From Octopus vulgaris (lineage: Eukaryota): a DNA stretch of 64,000 nt. Positions 28,186-41,906 of this stretch are shown piece by piece. Each line of letters starts with the position of its first letter. Positions within the stretch are counted from its first letter, which is position 1. The translations under genes were made by a program, and so were the position numbers. The notes under the pieces were generated by a model. That model had not been told where the DNA came from. It did not search any database and saw only the letters and a program-made list of their open reading frames with translations. The stretch covers positions 66,464,001 to 66,528,000 of the forward strand of contig OX597826.1 of NCBI GenBank assembly GCA_951406725.2, given 5' to 3'.

Positions 28186-28945
28186 TATATATATATATAT
28201 ACGACGGGCTTCTTTCAGTTTCCGTCTACCAACTCCACTCACGAGGTTTTGGTCAGCTCAAGGCTAGAGTAGAAGATACTTGCCCAAGTTGCCACGCAGT
28301 GGGACTGAACCCGGAAACATGTGGTTGGGAAGCCAGCTTCTTACCATACAACCACGCCTGCGCCTATATATATATATATATATATACATATATATATACA
28401 CACACATACACACACGTATATATATATGCATATATGTATGTGTGTCTGTGTGTGCATATGTTTGGATAAGAATACGTACGAGTGGGTGAGTATATGCATG
28501 TATGATTGCATGTATATACGTACGTGTATATATGTAAGTACGCATACTGTTATATCATTATATACGCATGTATGAATGTATGAACGTATGTGTGTGTATA
28601 TGTGTGTAGACATGTATGCACGTGTGTGAATGTGTTTGTGTGTTTATGTATGTATGTATGTATAAGCTTGTATAAATGTGTATGTGTGTGTGCGCGTGTG
28701 TGTATGCGTATGTGTGTGTGTGTGTGTGTGCGTGTGAGTGTGTGTGTGTGTACGTGCGTGCGTGCGTGTCTGTGTGTTTGTCTACTTGGGTGTGTATGTT
28801 TGTACATAATTACCGAAGTGAACAAATTTGCGTCGTCGAATTTAAAACTGATTCTCTTGAAAATTGCTATTTAGGAGAGAGTTACCATTGTCTGGCTACG
28901 TGTGTGTGTGTGTGTCTGTGTATGTGTGTGTGTATGTGTGTGTTT

Positions 28946-28976
<31 letters not shown>

Positions 28977-29145
28977 CTCTTAGTATGCATGTGCAGCTTG
29001 TGCATTATATGTCTATGCGTGAATATTTCACTCACAATCGCCAATACAAACACACACGAGCACATACACACACACATACACCAAAAACACCACACATGTA
29101 TATATAAAAATGTAACTAATGAAGAATATATGTATACATACACAG

Positions 29146-29177
<32 letters not shown>

Positions 29178-29186
29178 GTATATATG

Positions 29187-29217
<31 letters not shown>

Positions 29218-29228
29218 GTACGCATATG

Positions 29229-29293
<65 letters not shown>

Positions 29294-29331
29294 ACATACA
29301 CACAAACATACACGGGCAAATATATATATAT

Positions 29332-29374
<43 letters not shown>

Positions 29375-29595
29375 TAGATAGGTAGATCGAGAGAGAGAAA
29401 CGTATATGACATGTGCAAGTAAGTCGTTTAAAACCCTGTGATAATAGCCATGTGTAAATATGCATAAACACACAGAGGAACACAGACATATACACATGCA
29501 TACATATACCTCCCTCCCTCCCTCCCTCCACTTATGTGTGTATGTATGTATATATATATATGTATATAGATGTATATATATATATATGTATATAC

Positions 29596-29654
<59 letters not shown>

Positions 29655-29656
29655 TG

Positions 29657-29701
<45 letters not shown>

Positions 29702-29730
29702 GTATATATATATATACATATGTATGTATG

Positions 29731-29792
<62 letters not shown>

Positions 29793-29932
29793 TATGGCGA
29801 AAGGGAGGACGAAATATTGTTTGTGCAAGTAAAACAAGCGTGTTGTATGTCTGTCTTTCTGTCTACTTGACTTGGTGTTTTTCTTTGTCCGTCTCGTTAT
29901 TTGTTTGATGTTGAACAGTTACTCCGTCTCCA

Positions 29933-29981
<49 letters not shown>

Positions 29982-30518
29982 ATTGTTATTATTATATATA
30001 TATGTAATGACATATATATATATATACAAACAAACATACATACATATACATATATATACATGTATGTATATAGATATATATATATACATACGTGCCTGCA
30101 TATATATGCACGGATGTGTTTTGTGTGTGTGTGTTTCTTTTGTGTTTGTGTCTGTCCTCGCCACTGCTGGACAGCCGGTTTGTTTAGATACCATTTGCCT
30201 AGTACGGCAAGCGCGAATGACAGAAAATGTGCCAGTTTTGAAAAATACGTACTAAACCTTTGAAGGCGGTGCTCCAGCATGGCCACAGTCCAGTATCTGA
30301 AACAAGTAACAGTTAGCGATAAAATATATGCACCCCACCACACACACAGGAAATTAGGCTACTGAAAAGGAAGAATCTGTTTTGAAGACTACAGATCCCA
30401 TCCGTTGCTGGAACTGTAAAAATCTGTAAAACTTTTCAGAAGTTTATCATTTAAGTATATATGAACAGCTTACTGTTTTTAAATCTCACAACGAAAGATA
30501 TTCAGTAACAGTACTTTG

Positions 30519-30869
30519 GAGCAAAAGATTTTTGCTAACATAACATGGCAGTCCTGGTTTAGAACGAATGTTTTCTGTAATTTAGCACCATAAGACATCG
30601 TCTCCAGCTGGCTATATGGCACGATCTGTGTACTTATATTTTTAAACAAGGAAATCTAGCACTCCCACTGATGAAGGGAAATAACCCGTAAATCGCGATA
30701 CACAGATATTGTCTTGAGCTGAGTGGGGGTGCTAGATTTCCTTGTTCGAAAATATAGGGACACAGATCGTGTCGTATAGCCAGCTGGAGACGATGTCTCC
30801 TGGGGCTAAATTACAGCAACATTCGTCCTAAACCAGGACTGCCATTTATGTTGGCAAAAATCTTTACTC
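30519..30869. repeat. ~150-bp imperfect inverted repeat with HHR-like spacer
   Basis: 30519-30669 pairs with 30722-30869. Spacer begins CTGATGA-A-GGG-aaataa-CCC-GTAAA-TCGCGATA. Confidence 0.75.
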
Positions 30870-31096
30870 TGTACATGAGCATGTCTAGATATGCAAATAT
30901 ATGCATAAAACAAAACATACAAATCTGCACATATGCATACATACATGCAAAGATACCCTGTTGATGTTGTTGAAATTTCAATGAAAGATCTTTGGATCTA
31001 TGTTGGAAACCGGCTCTATCTGTATTGGCAAGAAATCTTGAAACAAACTGAATTGTGACACGCATACATTCATACATACCTACATACATACATTGT

Positions 31097-31260
31097 GGAG
31101 GCGCGTGGCTTAGTGGTTAGGGTGTTGAACTCATGATCGTAAGGTTGTGGTTTCGATTCTGGACCGGGCGATGCATTGTGTTCTTCGGCAAAGCACTTCA
31201 TTTCACGTTGCTCCAGTCCACTCAGCTGGCAAAAATGAGTAATCCTACAACGGACCGGCG
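31097..31260 (+). mobile_element. SINE family C, 5' part
   Basis: Matches 23977-24110. Confidence 0.8.
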
Positions 31261-32205
31261 TCATACATACACAAATATATTCATATATACATGTGTGTGT
31301 ATGCTTGTATATACATGTGTATGAGTATGTATGTATATATATGTATGTATTTATGTTTGTATGAGTGTGTGTGTGTATGTATGTATGTATGTATGTATGT
31401 ATTCGGCAGTTGATGTCGTCGGCATCATTTATGTAATCGAGCAATTTTTAGTCAATAACCTGTTGTTATGGAACTAAAATCCATCGTTTTCTCTCTTTCT
31501 GTCTGCTCAGTCAATTCTAACCCAGAACAACCTAACATGAAATCTATTCTCAGACTTATTGAAAGAAACTAAGCACGTGACTTAGCTCTAGTTTACTTGC
31601 TATTATTTTACTGTTTATCTCTTGAGAATGTCCATCATGTGAAGCGAACTTCTTTTAACTGTAAAATAAACAAATCTCACTCTGTCCTCTGTAACTCACA
31701 ACATTTTATGGTACTCGCATGAAGCATCTTAATTATTGGTGTCTTAGCGCTTCGTCCGGCATAACACCTTTCTTTGATCTTTTGATTCCTTTAAAGGATC
31801 TCACTTCGTTGTAAGATTTTGGACAGGGTCTTTGCTCTCAGAGGATAACAAAGTGAAGGAAAACAAAATCCCTTGTGGAAGACAGTTTCATGTTAATGTA
31901 GAAAAACAAACATGAACGGTTGTGTGGTAAGAAATTTGCTTCCCAATCACACAGTTGCAGGTTCAGTCCCACGGCGCGACATCAAGGGCAAGTGTCTCCT
32001 AATATAGCCTCGGACCGATAGAGGCCTTTTGAGTGGATTTCGCGGATGGAAACTGATAGAAGCCTGTCATACATGTATGTATGTATGTATGTATGTATGT
32101 ATGTATGTATGTATGTATGTATGTATGTATGTATATATATATATATATTTATATTCTTTCTCTTTTCCGTTGACACTCTTTTCAGATACACAGGCACCCC
32201 CACGC

Positions 32206-32313
<108 letters not shown>

Positions 32314-32546
32314 GACAATGATAAAAGGAAAGCCAGACAATTTTTTGAGAAGTGACATTTTGCCCTCCTTGAAGTGACCAGCTGGGTTTACCATTTCTAA
32401 AAGCCAAGAATCATTTACTATTGAAAGACTGACCAACTGCAAAGTTGTCAACACATTTTCTTCTTCCTCTCCTCCTTCTTCCTTTCCTTCTCTTTTCCAT
32501 AGACACTCTTTTCAGATACAAAAGCACACACACACACAAACACACA

Positions 32547-32578
<32 letters not shown>

Positions 32579-32778
32579 CTCTCTCTCACTTTCTCCCCAT
32601 TCCTCACCCTCTTGTACTATCTTATATCTCTCTCTACCCCTATACACTCAATAATACTATAAAAAAAGACAAAATTCCTGAAAAAATTCAATCTCACGAC
32701 TCCGCTAGAGTGGATGCAAGCACTAATATATGACTTATAAAAACATGTGACATATTTCTGAGTACCTCATTTCTTCTA

Positions 32779-32955
32779 ATAGTGGTTAGGGCAGCGGACT
32801 CGCGGTCGTAAGAACGCGATTTCGATTCCCAGACCGAGCATTGTGAGTGTTATTGAGCAAAAAACACCTAAGCTCCAATTGGTTCCGGCGGAGGTGGTGG
32901 TAGTGAACCCCGCTGTACTCTTTCACCACAACTTTCTCTCACTCTTTCTTCCTAC
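32779..32955 (+). mobile_element. SINE family C2, 5' part
   Basis: Matches 20770-20932 in reverse. Confidence 0.75.
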
Positions 32956-33465
32956 TTCAGCCACAAAGCAGAGGAACCATGGTGTAACCCACTATGGTGT
33001 GGTAAACTTTCAGACCCTAGTCCTCTGTACCCCAGGATGGTTCAGCCCTCCATCCGCTAAAAGCCACCGTTTACGGAATGAGGATAACAACGTAGCTTTC
33101 GCGCCCGTACAACCGCCAGTCAATCGCGTCTGGTATGTGGATCTTCAAGTTGCCACACGCATTCTTAGTAGCTTAGAGTAGGCTCGAATTAGATATTATT
33201 CTTTGTGGCTAATGGCGTGAGTCCTGATAGGAAGAAGAAGAAGAAGAAGAAGAAGAAGAAGAAGAAGAAGAAGAAGAAGAAGAAGAAGAAGAAGAAGAAG
33301 AAGAAGAAGAAGAAGAAGAAGAAGAAAACAGCAGACCTCATTTGGAATAAAATCGTAAAAAGGAAAAAGGATAATAATTTTCTAAGCAATGTAAAGAATA
33401 ACAATTATTGGCGTTACTATCTGACTAAAGGATAAAAATATACCCTTTATTATTATTAGGGAATT

Positions 33466-33822
33466 AAGGCGGCGCACTGGCAGAATCGTTAGCAAGCCGG
33501 GCGATATGCTTAGCGGCATTTCGTCCGTCTTGACGTTTTGAGTTCAAATCCCGCCGAGATCGACTTTGCCTTTTATTCTTTCGGGGTCGATAAATTAAAT
33601 ACCAGTGAAACACTGGGGTCGATGTAATCGACTAGTCCTCTCTCACAAAATTCCAGGCTTGTATCTAGAGTAGAAAGGATTATTATTATTATTAGGGAAG
33701 CTTAATGGAATTTCCCTTTAGGGTTGGTAAAACAAGTACCAGTTGATCACTGGGGTCGATCTAGTGGATATACCCCCCTCTCACGAACTTGCTGGCCTTG
33801 TGCCAAAATTTGAAACCATTAT
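33466..33822 (+). mobile_element. SINE A full copy plus a 3' fragment
   Basis: Family A consensus motifs. Confidence 0.85.
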
Positions 33823-34384
33823 TATAAGGGAAGCAATTGGATGTGGACGAACCACGCGTGGATCAAAATATGGCTCGGCTTTTTGAGGAATCAGTGTAAT
33901 TCTATAATTCACACGTTACAGAGAATGTTCGCCATTTACGTTAGTTAATTCACCAGAGTCCGGATATGCATAACAATGATTAAAAAGAAAACAAAACAAA
34001 CAAAATGTTTATTTATATATCTATTTATTTTTAACAACCATTGTTCACCACCAAACAAAGGCAGCTGATCGAAATGAATAACAAAACACCAACGAAGAAT
34101 TAAACATATACATACATATGCACATACATACGCACATACATACATACATACATACATACATACATACATACATACATACATACATACATACATACATACA
34201 CACATACATACATACATACATACATACATACATACATACACATGTACATACTATATATATATATATATATATATACACATGCATACATACAAGCATACAT
34301 AGCATGCATACACGTATACACATTTACATACCGTATTACATACATGCATACATACATGTATACATACATATGTACAAACATACA

Positions 34385-34690
34385 TATATATATACACACA
34401 TAGATACCATACATACACACACATATGCATACCATATATACTTACATATATACACATATAGATACCATACATACGCACGCATATACATACTATATATACT
34501 TACATACATACATATATACATACATATGTCCAAATATACATATATACACATATAGATACCATACATACACACACATATGCATACCATATATACTTACATG
34601 CATACATACATATATACACATATAGATACCATACATACACACACATATGCATACTATATATACTTACATGCATACATATATATATATATA
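34385..34690. repeat. Higher-order ~58-70-bp repeat built from microsatellite
   Basis: TATACACATATAGATACCATACATACACACACATATGCAT recurs four times. Confidence 0.75.
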
Positions 34691-35072
34691 CAAACATACA
34701 CGTGTACAGACATGCATGCAAACATACATACCAGCACGCATACAGACATACATATGCAGAAACATACATACTTACAAATGAACGTATGTAACCACACGCA
34801 CACAGAGAAGTACACACGCATATATATTACATACATTCGTATACATACATAAACATATTCATAAATACATACATATATATATGCAACTACATCCATCAAT
34901 ACAAACATGCTTGTATATAGAAACACGTCCATAACAAAAAGTCGCCAACAAATATGGTTGTAAATAGACGTGTATGTATGTATGTATGCATGCATTTATG
35001 TATGTATATATGTATGCATTCATGTATACAAATAAGCAAATCAACAAACTTACATACATACATACATATCTA

Positions 35073-35231
<159 letters not shown>

Positions 35232-36304
35232 GAACATACATACATAATAGAGGTGTAGGTATAATGAACTGCTCAAAAAACATGTACGAAAGTTTTCCTC
35301 AACAATTATTCCGTCTTAACTTAGCCTAGTTCCATAAATGATTGGGTTTTTTTTCTTTATTTCCTATGCATAAAAGAAGCATTTCTCTTTCTTTTTACAT
35401 ACATAAAAGAAACAGCATTTTCTGAGCCAGGGGCTAAACAACAGCAACAGCAAGAAGAACAAGAGCAACAATGAGCACCACGATGATGACGACGGTAACT
35501 AAAATACAATCAAATCTGAATCAAGTCGGTCTAAATGTTCTATTTCACATGGTCTTTAAATTTGAATAATAGTTTAGCCAGACGCTAACAGAAAGTCAAT
35601 GAAGATCTTTCTATCGGCTTTTATTGAAAGTTAAAAATTTACTGGGATGAAATTCACCCTAAATAAAACACATAGGAGTTTTGAAAACAGGTACATTCAG
35701 TTTACTGAAAAAGAAAAAAAAAAATGTCTGTCAGAGAGAAATTGTTAATACAACTCTTACATAATCAAGCGATTTTTTTTGTAGACTTAAAATCCAAAGA
35801 AAATATTCCATTGAAAAGACTTATAGATATGAGAACATAACACCGATTTCAACGACTTCACAATTTCCACCATTCAAGACAGTAAACACTCGTCTCTGTA
35901 TAAAATCAATTTGACAAAGATTGCTATCTTACATAACCAACAGCATCGAAAGCTATAAATCTTCTGTACGTATGTTTTCATAGTAACCACTAAGTATATT
36001 TATGGTAAATATCAGTCTGGGAAAATTGGGTTATGGTGGTGATTGGGTGGGGATCAGACATACAAGGACCTCGTCTTTGCAACAACTTTTCTAACCAGAT
36101 TATAAATTCATATTTGTATCCAAAACTAACAGTACGTTTAGTCATGTTAAACATCAATGTCGAAAAACTGGTGGGGCTTCAGGCTAAGAAAACAAATCGT
36201 CTAACTCGTATTCGAAAATTTCACTTTCTTTAATCCAGCAGTGAAACTATGCAAGTGAAACAAAGATCGAACATTAGAAATTTAGATAACCACAGTATAG
36301 TGGT

Positions 36305-36590
36305 GGAGGCACATGGCCTATTGGGTAGAGCTGCAGACTCGCGGGTTCGAATCTCAGACCGGGCGATGTGTGTGTTTATGAGCGAAACACCTAAACTCCA
36401 CGTGGCTCCGGCAGAGGGTAATGGCGAACTTCTGCTGACTATTTCGTCACAACTTTCTCTCATTCTTTTCTCCTGCATCTAGCAGCTCACCTGCGACAGA
36501 CCGGCGTCCCGTCTAGGTGGGGAACTTATACGCCAAGGAAACTGGGAAACCGGCCTTAATGAGCCAGGCGTGGCTCGAGAAGGAACAAAC
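36305..36590 (+). mobile_element. SINE family C2
   Basis: tRNA-like head (GGTTCGAATCTC) and C2 body. Confidence 0.75.
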
Positions 36591-36921
36591 AGTATAGTGG
36601 CCTATATTGCTGTGCTCATCTGAATTCTAGTTAATATATTACATAAATATACATGCATGCATACATACATACATACATACATACATAAATATACATATAA
36701 ATATGTAACTGATGTCCCCCCCTCCCCCCAAAAAGAAAAGAATACAGGAGTGGCTGTGTGGTTAGAAGCTTGCTTACCAACCACATGGTTCCGGGTTCAG
36801 TTTCACTGCGTGGGACTTTGGATAAGTATTTTATACTATACTCTCAGGCCGACCAAAGCCTTGTAAGTGAATTTGGTAGACGGAAACTGAAAGAAGCTCA
36901 TCGTACATATATATATATATA

Positions 36922-37266
36922 TATAAAATATTATTAGAGACAAAACCACTATTTTGCAAAACAAACAAGGAAAGACTTAATCAATACATAAAATTTTAAT
37001 AAATAGTCAAAATAATTTGTAACTGACTTGTAAATTGGAAGTCCACCTGAAGATTGTCGATCAAGACAAGAAACGATTGTAGTGGCGGTTTTTTTGACTA
37101 TTTATTAAAATTTTATGTATTGATTAAGTCTTTCCTTGTTTGTTTTGCAAAATAGTGGTTTTGTCTCTAATAATATTTTATAATATTTTACTATAAAATT
37201 GGATTTAATCCTAAATCTGATTTTTTTTCCCTGTAAATTTGGATTTATTCCCTAATATTTATTATT

Positions 37267-37268
<2 letters not shown>
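36922..37268 (+). mobile_element. Fold-back HHR element inserted in the internal (TA)n of SINE B
   Basis: 36922-37011 is the reverse complement of 37092-37181; HHR in the spacer. AT-rich tail related to 52577-52650 (-). Confidence 0.7.
37043..37085 (+). ncRNA. Type I hammerhead ribozyme motif with complete core, in the loop of an ~89-bp inverted repeat
   Basis: CCAC-CTGAAGA-TTGTC-gatcaa-GACAA-GAAA-C-gatt-G-TA-GTGG. Stem I CCAC/GTGG, stem II 5 bp, core intact, predicted cleavage after GUA at 37081. Confidence 0.8.
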
Positions 37269-37343
<75 letters not shown>

Positions 37344-38348
37344 TGTTTGTATGTATGTATGTATGTATGTATGTATGTATGTATTTGTGTGTCTATGTTT
37401 GTCCCCACCACCATCACCGATATTGTTAACGTCCCCGTAACTTAGCGGTTCGGAAAAAGAGACGGATAAAACAAGTACTGGGCTTACAAAAGAATAAGTC
37501 CCAGGCTCTATTTGTTCGACAAAAGGCGGTGCTCCAGCATGGCCGCAGTCAACTGACTGAAACATGAAACAAGTAAAAGAATAAAAGAATAATAGAACAT
37601 ACATATACTGTATGTTCTATTATTCTTATTTATATTATACTGGGGGTGAGAGCAGCAGAGAATATTTATAATTATACTGGGGATGAGGGCAGCAGAGAAA
37701 CCCCCAAAAGGTTTTTCGCCTCATCCTGTATTACGTTTACAGAAACCTATGTAGTTGTTATATAGAGTTAACTATGCTAACAACCATAAGAAAATTGTGT
37801 TCTTTCACTTTATCTGCACCAAGTTTTGTGTTGTCTCTTACTCGTAGCAACTAGCATCTTTTTCCTCTTTTACGTACCTTAACCATGATATATTATAGTT
37901 TTAAAAATTTGGTCGAAACGAGGCTTAGCAAAAGTAATATCTGGAAAATTAAGTTGGGACATAAACCTGACGGTTGAACGAATTATCTTTACATAAATTA
38001 GAGATAGAGGGGAAAAAAAATAATGAGTGTAGGGAAAGAATGTTAAGATGGGAATGAAAAAAAAATCGATAAAGAAGAAAATGAAGAGATATAAAGAAAT
38101 CTGCTGCTCTTTACTGTATCATAAATATCGTAAGAGATGCAATAAGATTTACGTATAAGGAATATATATATATTTGCTAGAGAGGGTGCGTGAAAGAAAA
38201 ATGACGATAAAGAATGCAGAAGATATTGCGGTTATAAACCTGAACGGAAGCAAGGAGAGAAGAGAAAGAGGGAGAGAAACTAGTGTTGGAAGTAGAGGGA
38301 ACTGCAAGCAGAGATAAAGAGTGTTTATGGGAGAGAGGTGCTAAATGC

Positions 38349-38421
<73 letters not shown>

Positions 38422-38469
38422 ACGCGCAATAGCCCAGTGGTTAGGGCAGCGGTTACGATTCCCAGACCT

Positions 38470-38685
38470 TTCAACATGTGACCTCGTGAGCACCGCCAGC
38501 AATTTTTTTTCCTCTGTCTTCCCTTCTTGAGATCTTTCATTCTCCTTTGTTTCCGACGAAGAGCTCCGATCGAAACGTTAAACCCTCCTTCTTCCCTTCT
38601 TTCCTGAGCGCCCAATAATACTTTATTTGTTCCACGTCCTCGCGTTGCTGTGTTTTTTTTGTGTTTTCATGTTTGGATTAACTAT
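38470..38685 (+). mobile_element. Family D HHR-bearing element
   Basis: Aligns by eye with 27980-28185. Preceded by a truncated tRNA-like head (38420-38468) and bounded by (TA)n. Confidence 0.7.
38549..38583 (+). ncRNA. Hammerhead motif variant (family D, copy 2)
   Basis: GTTT-CCGACGA-A-GAGCtccGATC-GAAACGTT-AAAC. U4C core change and one stem II mismatch. Confidence 0.55.
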
Positions 38686-39595
38686 ATATATATATATATA
38701 TATCTTTGTAAGGAAGAGATATATTGAAGAAAACTAAGTGTTTTAAGGAAGAGGTGCATAAAATCTAGAAAGACAATCAAGTGCTTTATTTCTGCCTTTT
38801 GTAGGACAGTATTCGCTTTTGTTTTTCTACTATTGAGTCATCTTCGCTGGTGTAGTTGTGAAGTGCTTCTGTGAGGCGCAATTTTCAGTAAAAATCCATA
38901 GTATTATCCTTGATTTCATTCCGTATATATTAATCCAGAAGCTAAACTCATCAAGGGTTGAGAGAGTCTTTCCAGCGCACTTAGCAACAGGTGTGTGGGT
39001 GCGCGCGCGCTCATTTGTTTCTGTATATATCTGTACGCTTTTATGTATGTCCGTGTTTGTGTGTTTTTATGTATATGTGTGCGTGTGTTTTTATTGTGTT
39101 TTTATGTGTTTTTGTGTTTTTATGTTTTTATGTATATGTGTGTATTAATGTATGTTTGTATGTATGTATGTGTATAAATTAAATGTGTGTGTGTGTGTGT
39201 GTGTAAGTGCGCGTGTACTTTGCTTTTTATGAATGTATATACTGACCGTTGAACAGACATACGGTGTTCATGTTGCAGCGGGGATGGGCACGGTAGTGAA
39301 GAGATGGAACAGATGGGTGGGTTACGCGTGGGAAATAGGAACTCACTTGAGTGCATGTGTACTGAAAATATTCTTTATACCAAATAAAACATATACGCAT
39401 ATATACATATACAAACAATGATTTTCAAAATCACGGCAATGAATTTGGGAAAATATCAAATATAAATGAGAACAAAGGTTAATTTTTTTTTACCGTACAA
39501 CATTTAATATTTCGAAATTTCGGGTTAAAATACCTTTTGTCGAAGGAAATGGGAAACGGGGTACTTGTCTAGATTCCAAGTAATTTCAAGTCTTA

Positions 39596-39980
39596 TAGTA
39601 CTTACTTGTACTTGTACTTGTGGCGACATTCACCCTGGCCGGGTTGAGTCGGCTTCTTCCTTGGAAGAAGTTTCGTGGAAATTTGTGGATTTCACAAGCG
39701 GTCCCCAACAATCCTGCATGTAGAGACATCCTGTTTGCCGCAGATTGTCCGCAGACGCAGGGACAGAACGACCGAGAAGCCGCCGGTTGCCGAAACAGAC
39801 ACTCCGAGGATTTTCACCAGAGCTCCGTCTGCCGGGTTGTGGCCCTAATACCACTCGGTGTCAGACCAATCCGCCTTGGGTGGCCCTACCAGGAACCGAA
39901 GTTCCCGACGGCATAGCTCTGACACTACCCGTTGCCAGCGTCCCCACCACGGTGAGGAGAGAATGGACTTTGGGGACGCA
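39596..39980 (-). mobile_element. RTE-derived short non-autonomous element (5' UTR + 3' tail)
   Basis: Minus strand GAGCTATGCCG...GGTAGGGCCACCCAAGGCGGA resembles recalled RTE/BovB 5' UTRs. (CAAGTA)n tail; GC-rich. Confidence 0.6.
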
Positions 39981-40889
39981 AGTCTTATAGAGTGTTTTAA
40001 AGTAAAACTAAGATTTCGTCCTCTTTATATATTTTTTTCTGAACGGAATTAGTAAATAAAAGTGTTCGACAGCAAATCTACTTTTGAATGACGAGTAGAG
40101 AGCAACTCCTAGGTTAAGCTGAGATGTTCGATGAAGATAGGGGAGCCTTTGGCCAGGTTTAGACATTTAAACACTTTTCTTAGTTCATGAAAGTGTTGTA
40201 TAATCGATGTATGACTTGAAATTAACTGTTTTTCTAATCCTCGCGCAGTTTCCTTTGGATTTTCCTCAAATACAGTTTTCGGAATTTCAATATTGATAGG
40301 ATTTGGTCACCCAGATTGGGTGGAATCTACGAGAGAAAAATTTCTCGAACGAAACTGGTTAAACTCCTGTTGGTCTGTCTGGACGTTTAAAGTTTCATTA
40401 CCATAGACAAAACGAATGTTTTTTTTTTTTTTTGCTATTTCCATTGCTGACGAATTCTTTTTGAATTCGTACGGTTTGCAGTGTCTGCTGTGAGTCTTTA
40501 GAAACTAATTTTAAAAGGGGAAAATCAATAGGAATTTAAGGCACAATGGCAGGAAATGATATGAAAAGTAAGAAATAAAGTATTCAGATATTAATGTTAA
40601 TATTTAATTTACCGTAAATATTCAAAAAGTATTTATCAAAGTGATCACGTAAAACATGAGACAAGACCATCTTTCCAACTTAATACACATACACACGCAT
40701 ACATACATACATACATACATACATACATACATACATACATACATACATACATACATACATACATACATACATACATACATACATACATACATACATACAT
40801 ACATACATACATACATACATACATACATACATACATACATACATGCTACCTGCAACTACATTTCTAAACATGACACCGCTTAAAGTTAA

Positions 40890-41215
40890 AACTGGTACTC
40901 CTTCGGTTACGATGACGAGAGTTCCAGCTGATCCAATCAACGGAACAGCCTACTCGTGGTTTTAACGTGCAAGTGGCTGAGCATTCCACAGACACGCGAA
41001 CACTTAACGTAGTTCTGAGGGAGATTCAGCGTGACACAGACTGTGACAAGGCTGGCCCTTTTAATTACAGGTTCTACTCATTTTTGCCAGCTGAGTGGAC
41101 TGAAGCAGCGTGAAATAAAGTGTCTTGCTCAAGGACACAACACGTCACCGGGAATTGATCTTACAACCTTATGATCGTGAGTCGAACACCTTAACTACTA
41201 AGCCACGCGCCTTCA
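40890..41215 (-). mobile_element. SINE family C head with the tail type of 20580-20760
   Basis: Head and body match 31097-31240; tail matches 20588-20760. Confidence 0.8.
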
Positions 41216-41436
41216 CCACATCGTTTAATTGTGAATATTGGTAGCACTGATACGGATTTTTAGTCCTGCTAAGGACCTCAACTCTTTCGCACAGATGCGG
41301 CAGTGATGGGCACCTCTTACAGTAGGTGTTCAGAAAGCTTACCACACGCACCATCACATGTCTCCATTCCTTCGTGGAATTTTTTATGAAGTGTTTTCGG
41401 CTACAAAGATGTTAAAAAAAATCAGACATACATCCT

Positions 41437-41611
41437 TTTCTATTCTAGGCACAAGACCCGAAGTACCTAACTGGTACTTAATTTAATCGACCTCGAAAGG
41501 ATGAAAGGTAAAGTCGACCTCGGCGGAATTTCAACTCAGAGCGTAAAGACAGACGAAATACTGCAAAGTTTTTCGCCCGGCGTGCTAACGTTTCTGCCAG
41601 CTCGCCGCCTT
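41437..41611 (-). mobile_element. SINE family A
   Basis: Family A reverse complement; AAATCAGA-ATA repeated on the flanks. Confidence 0.85.
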
Positions 41612-41859
41612 AAATCAGATATATATATATCAATGGCTCTCTGATGCGCCGAAACTAGTAGCTAAATGTGCTACAGATTTATAAAACAAGTTGAATTCAA
41701 GACTTTCAGAAATTTATACAAAATGCTTGAGCGTCTTAAGAAACGTCGTATTCATAATTTTCTTATATTTATAACGCCTAGTAAAGTTTAACTGAAATTG
41801 CCTTTCTAGATTTTATGTACTTCTTTCTTAAAACACTAATTTTCTTCAATATCTCTTCC

Positions 41860-41904
<45 letters not shown>

Positions 41905-41906
<2 letters not shown>

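Larger units (their letters stand above)
27825..28365 (-). mobile_element. SINE family B with nested family D
   Basis: Both halves are present around 27980-28185. Confidence 0.85.
36743..37590 (+). mobile_element. SINE family B with nested fold-back HHR element
   Basis: 5' half 36743-36905, 3' half 37380-37590. Confidence 0.85.

Noticed and set aside
28550-30260. Long ORFs rich in YI, HT, CV or poly-I (also 54744-55542, 61299-63602 and many others)
   Set aside because: They are translations of (TA)n, (CA)n, (TACA)n, (TATC)n and (AAT)n, which lack stops in those frames.
37586-37700. 18-bp hairpin plus a ~40-bp tandem duplication at a SINE tail
   Set aside because: Consistent with local repair or slippage; no sign of function.
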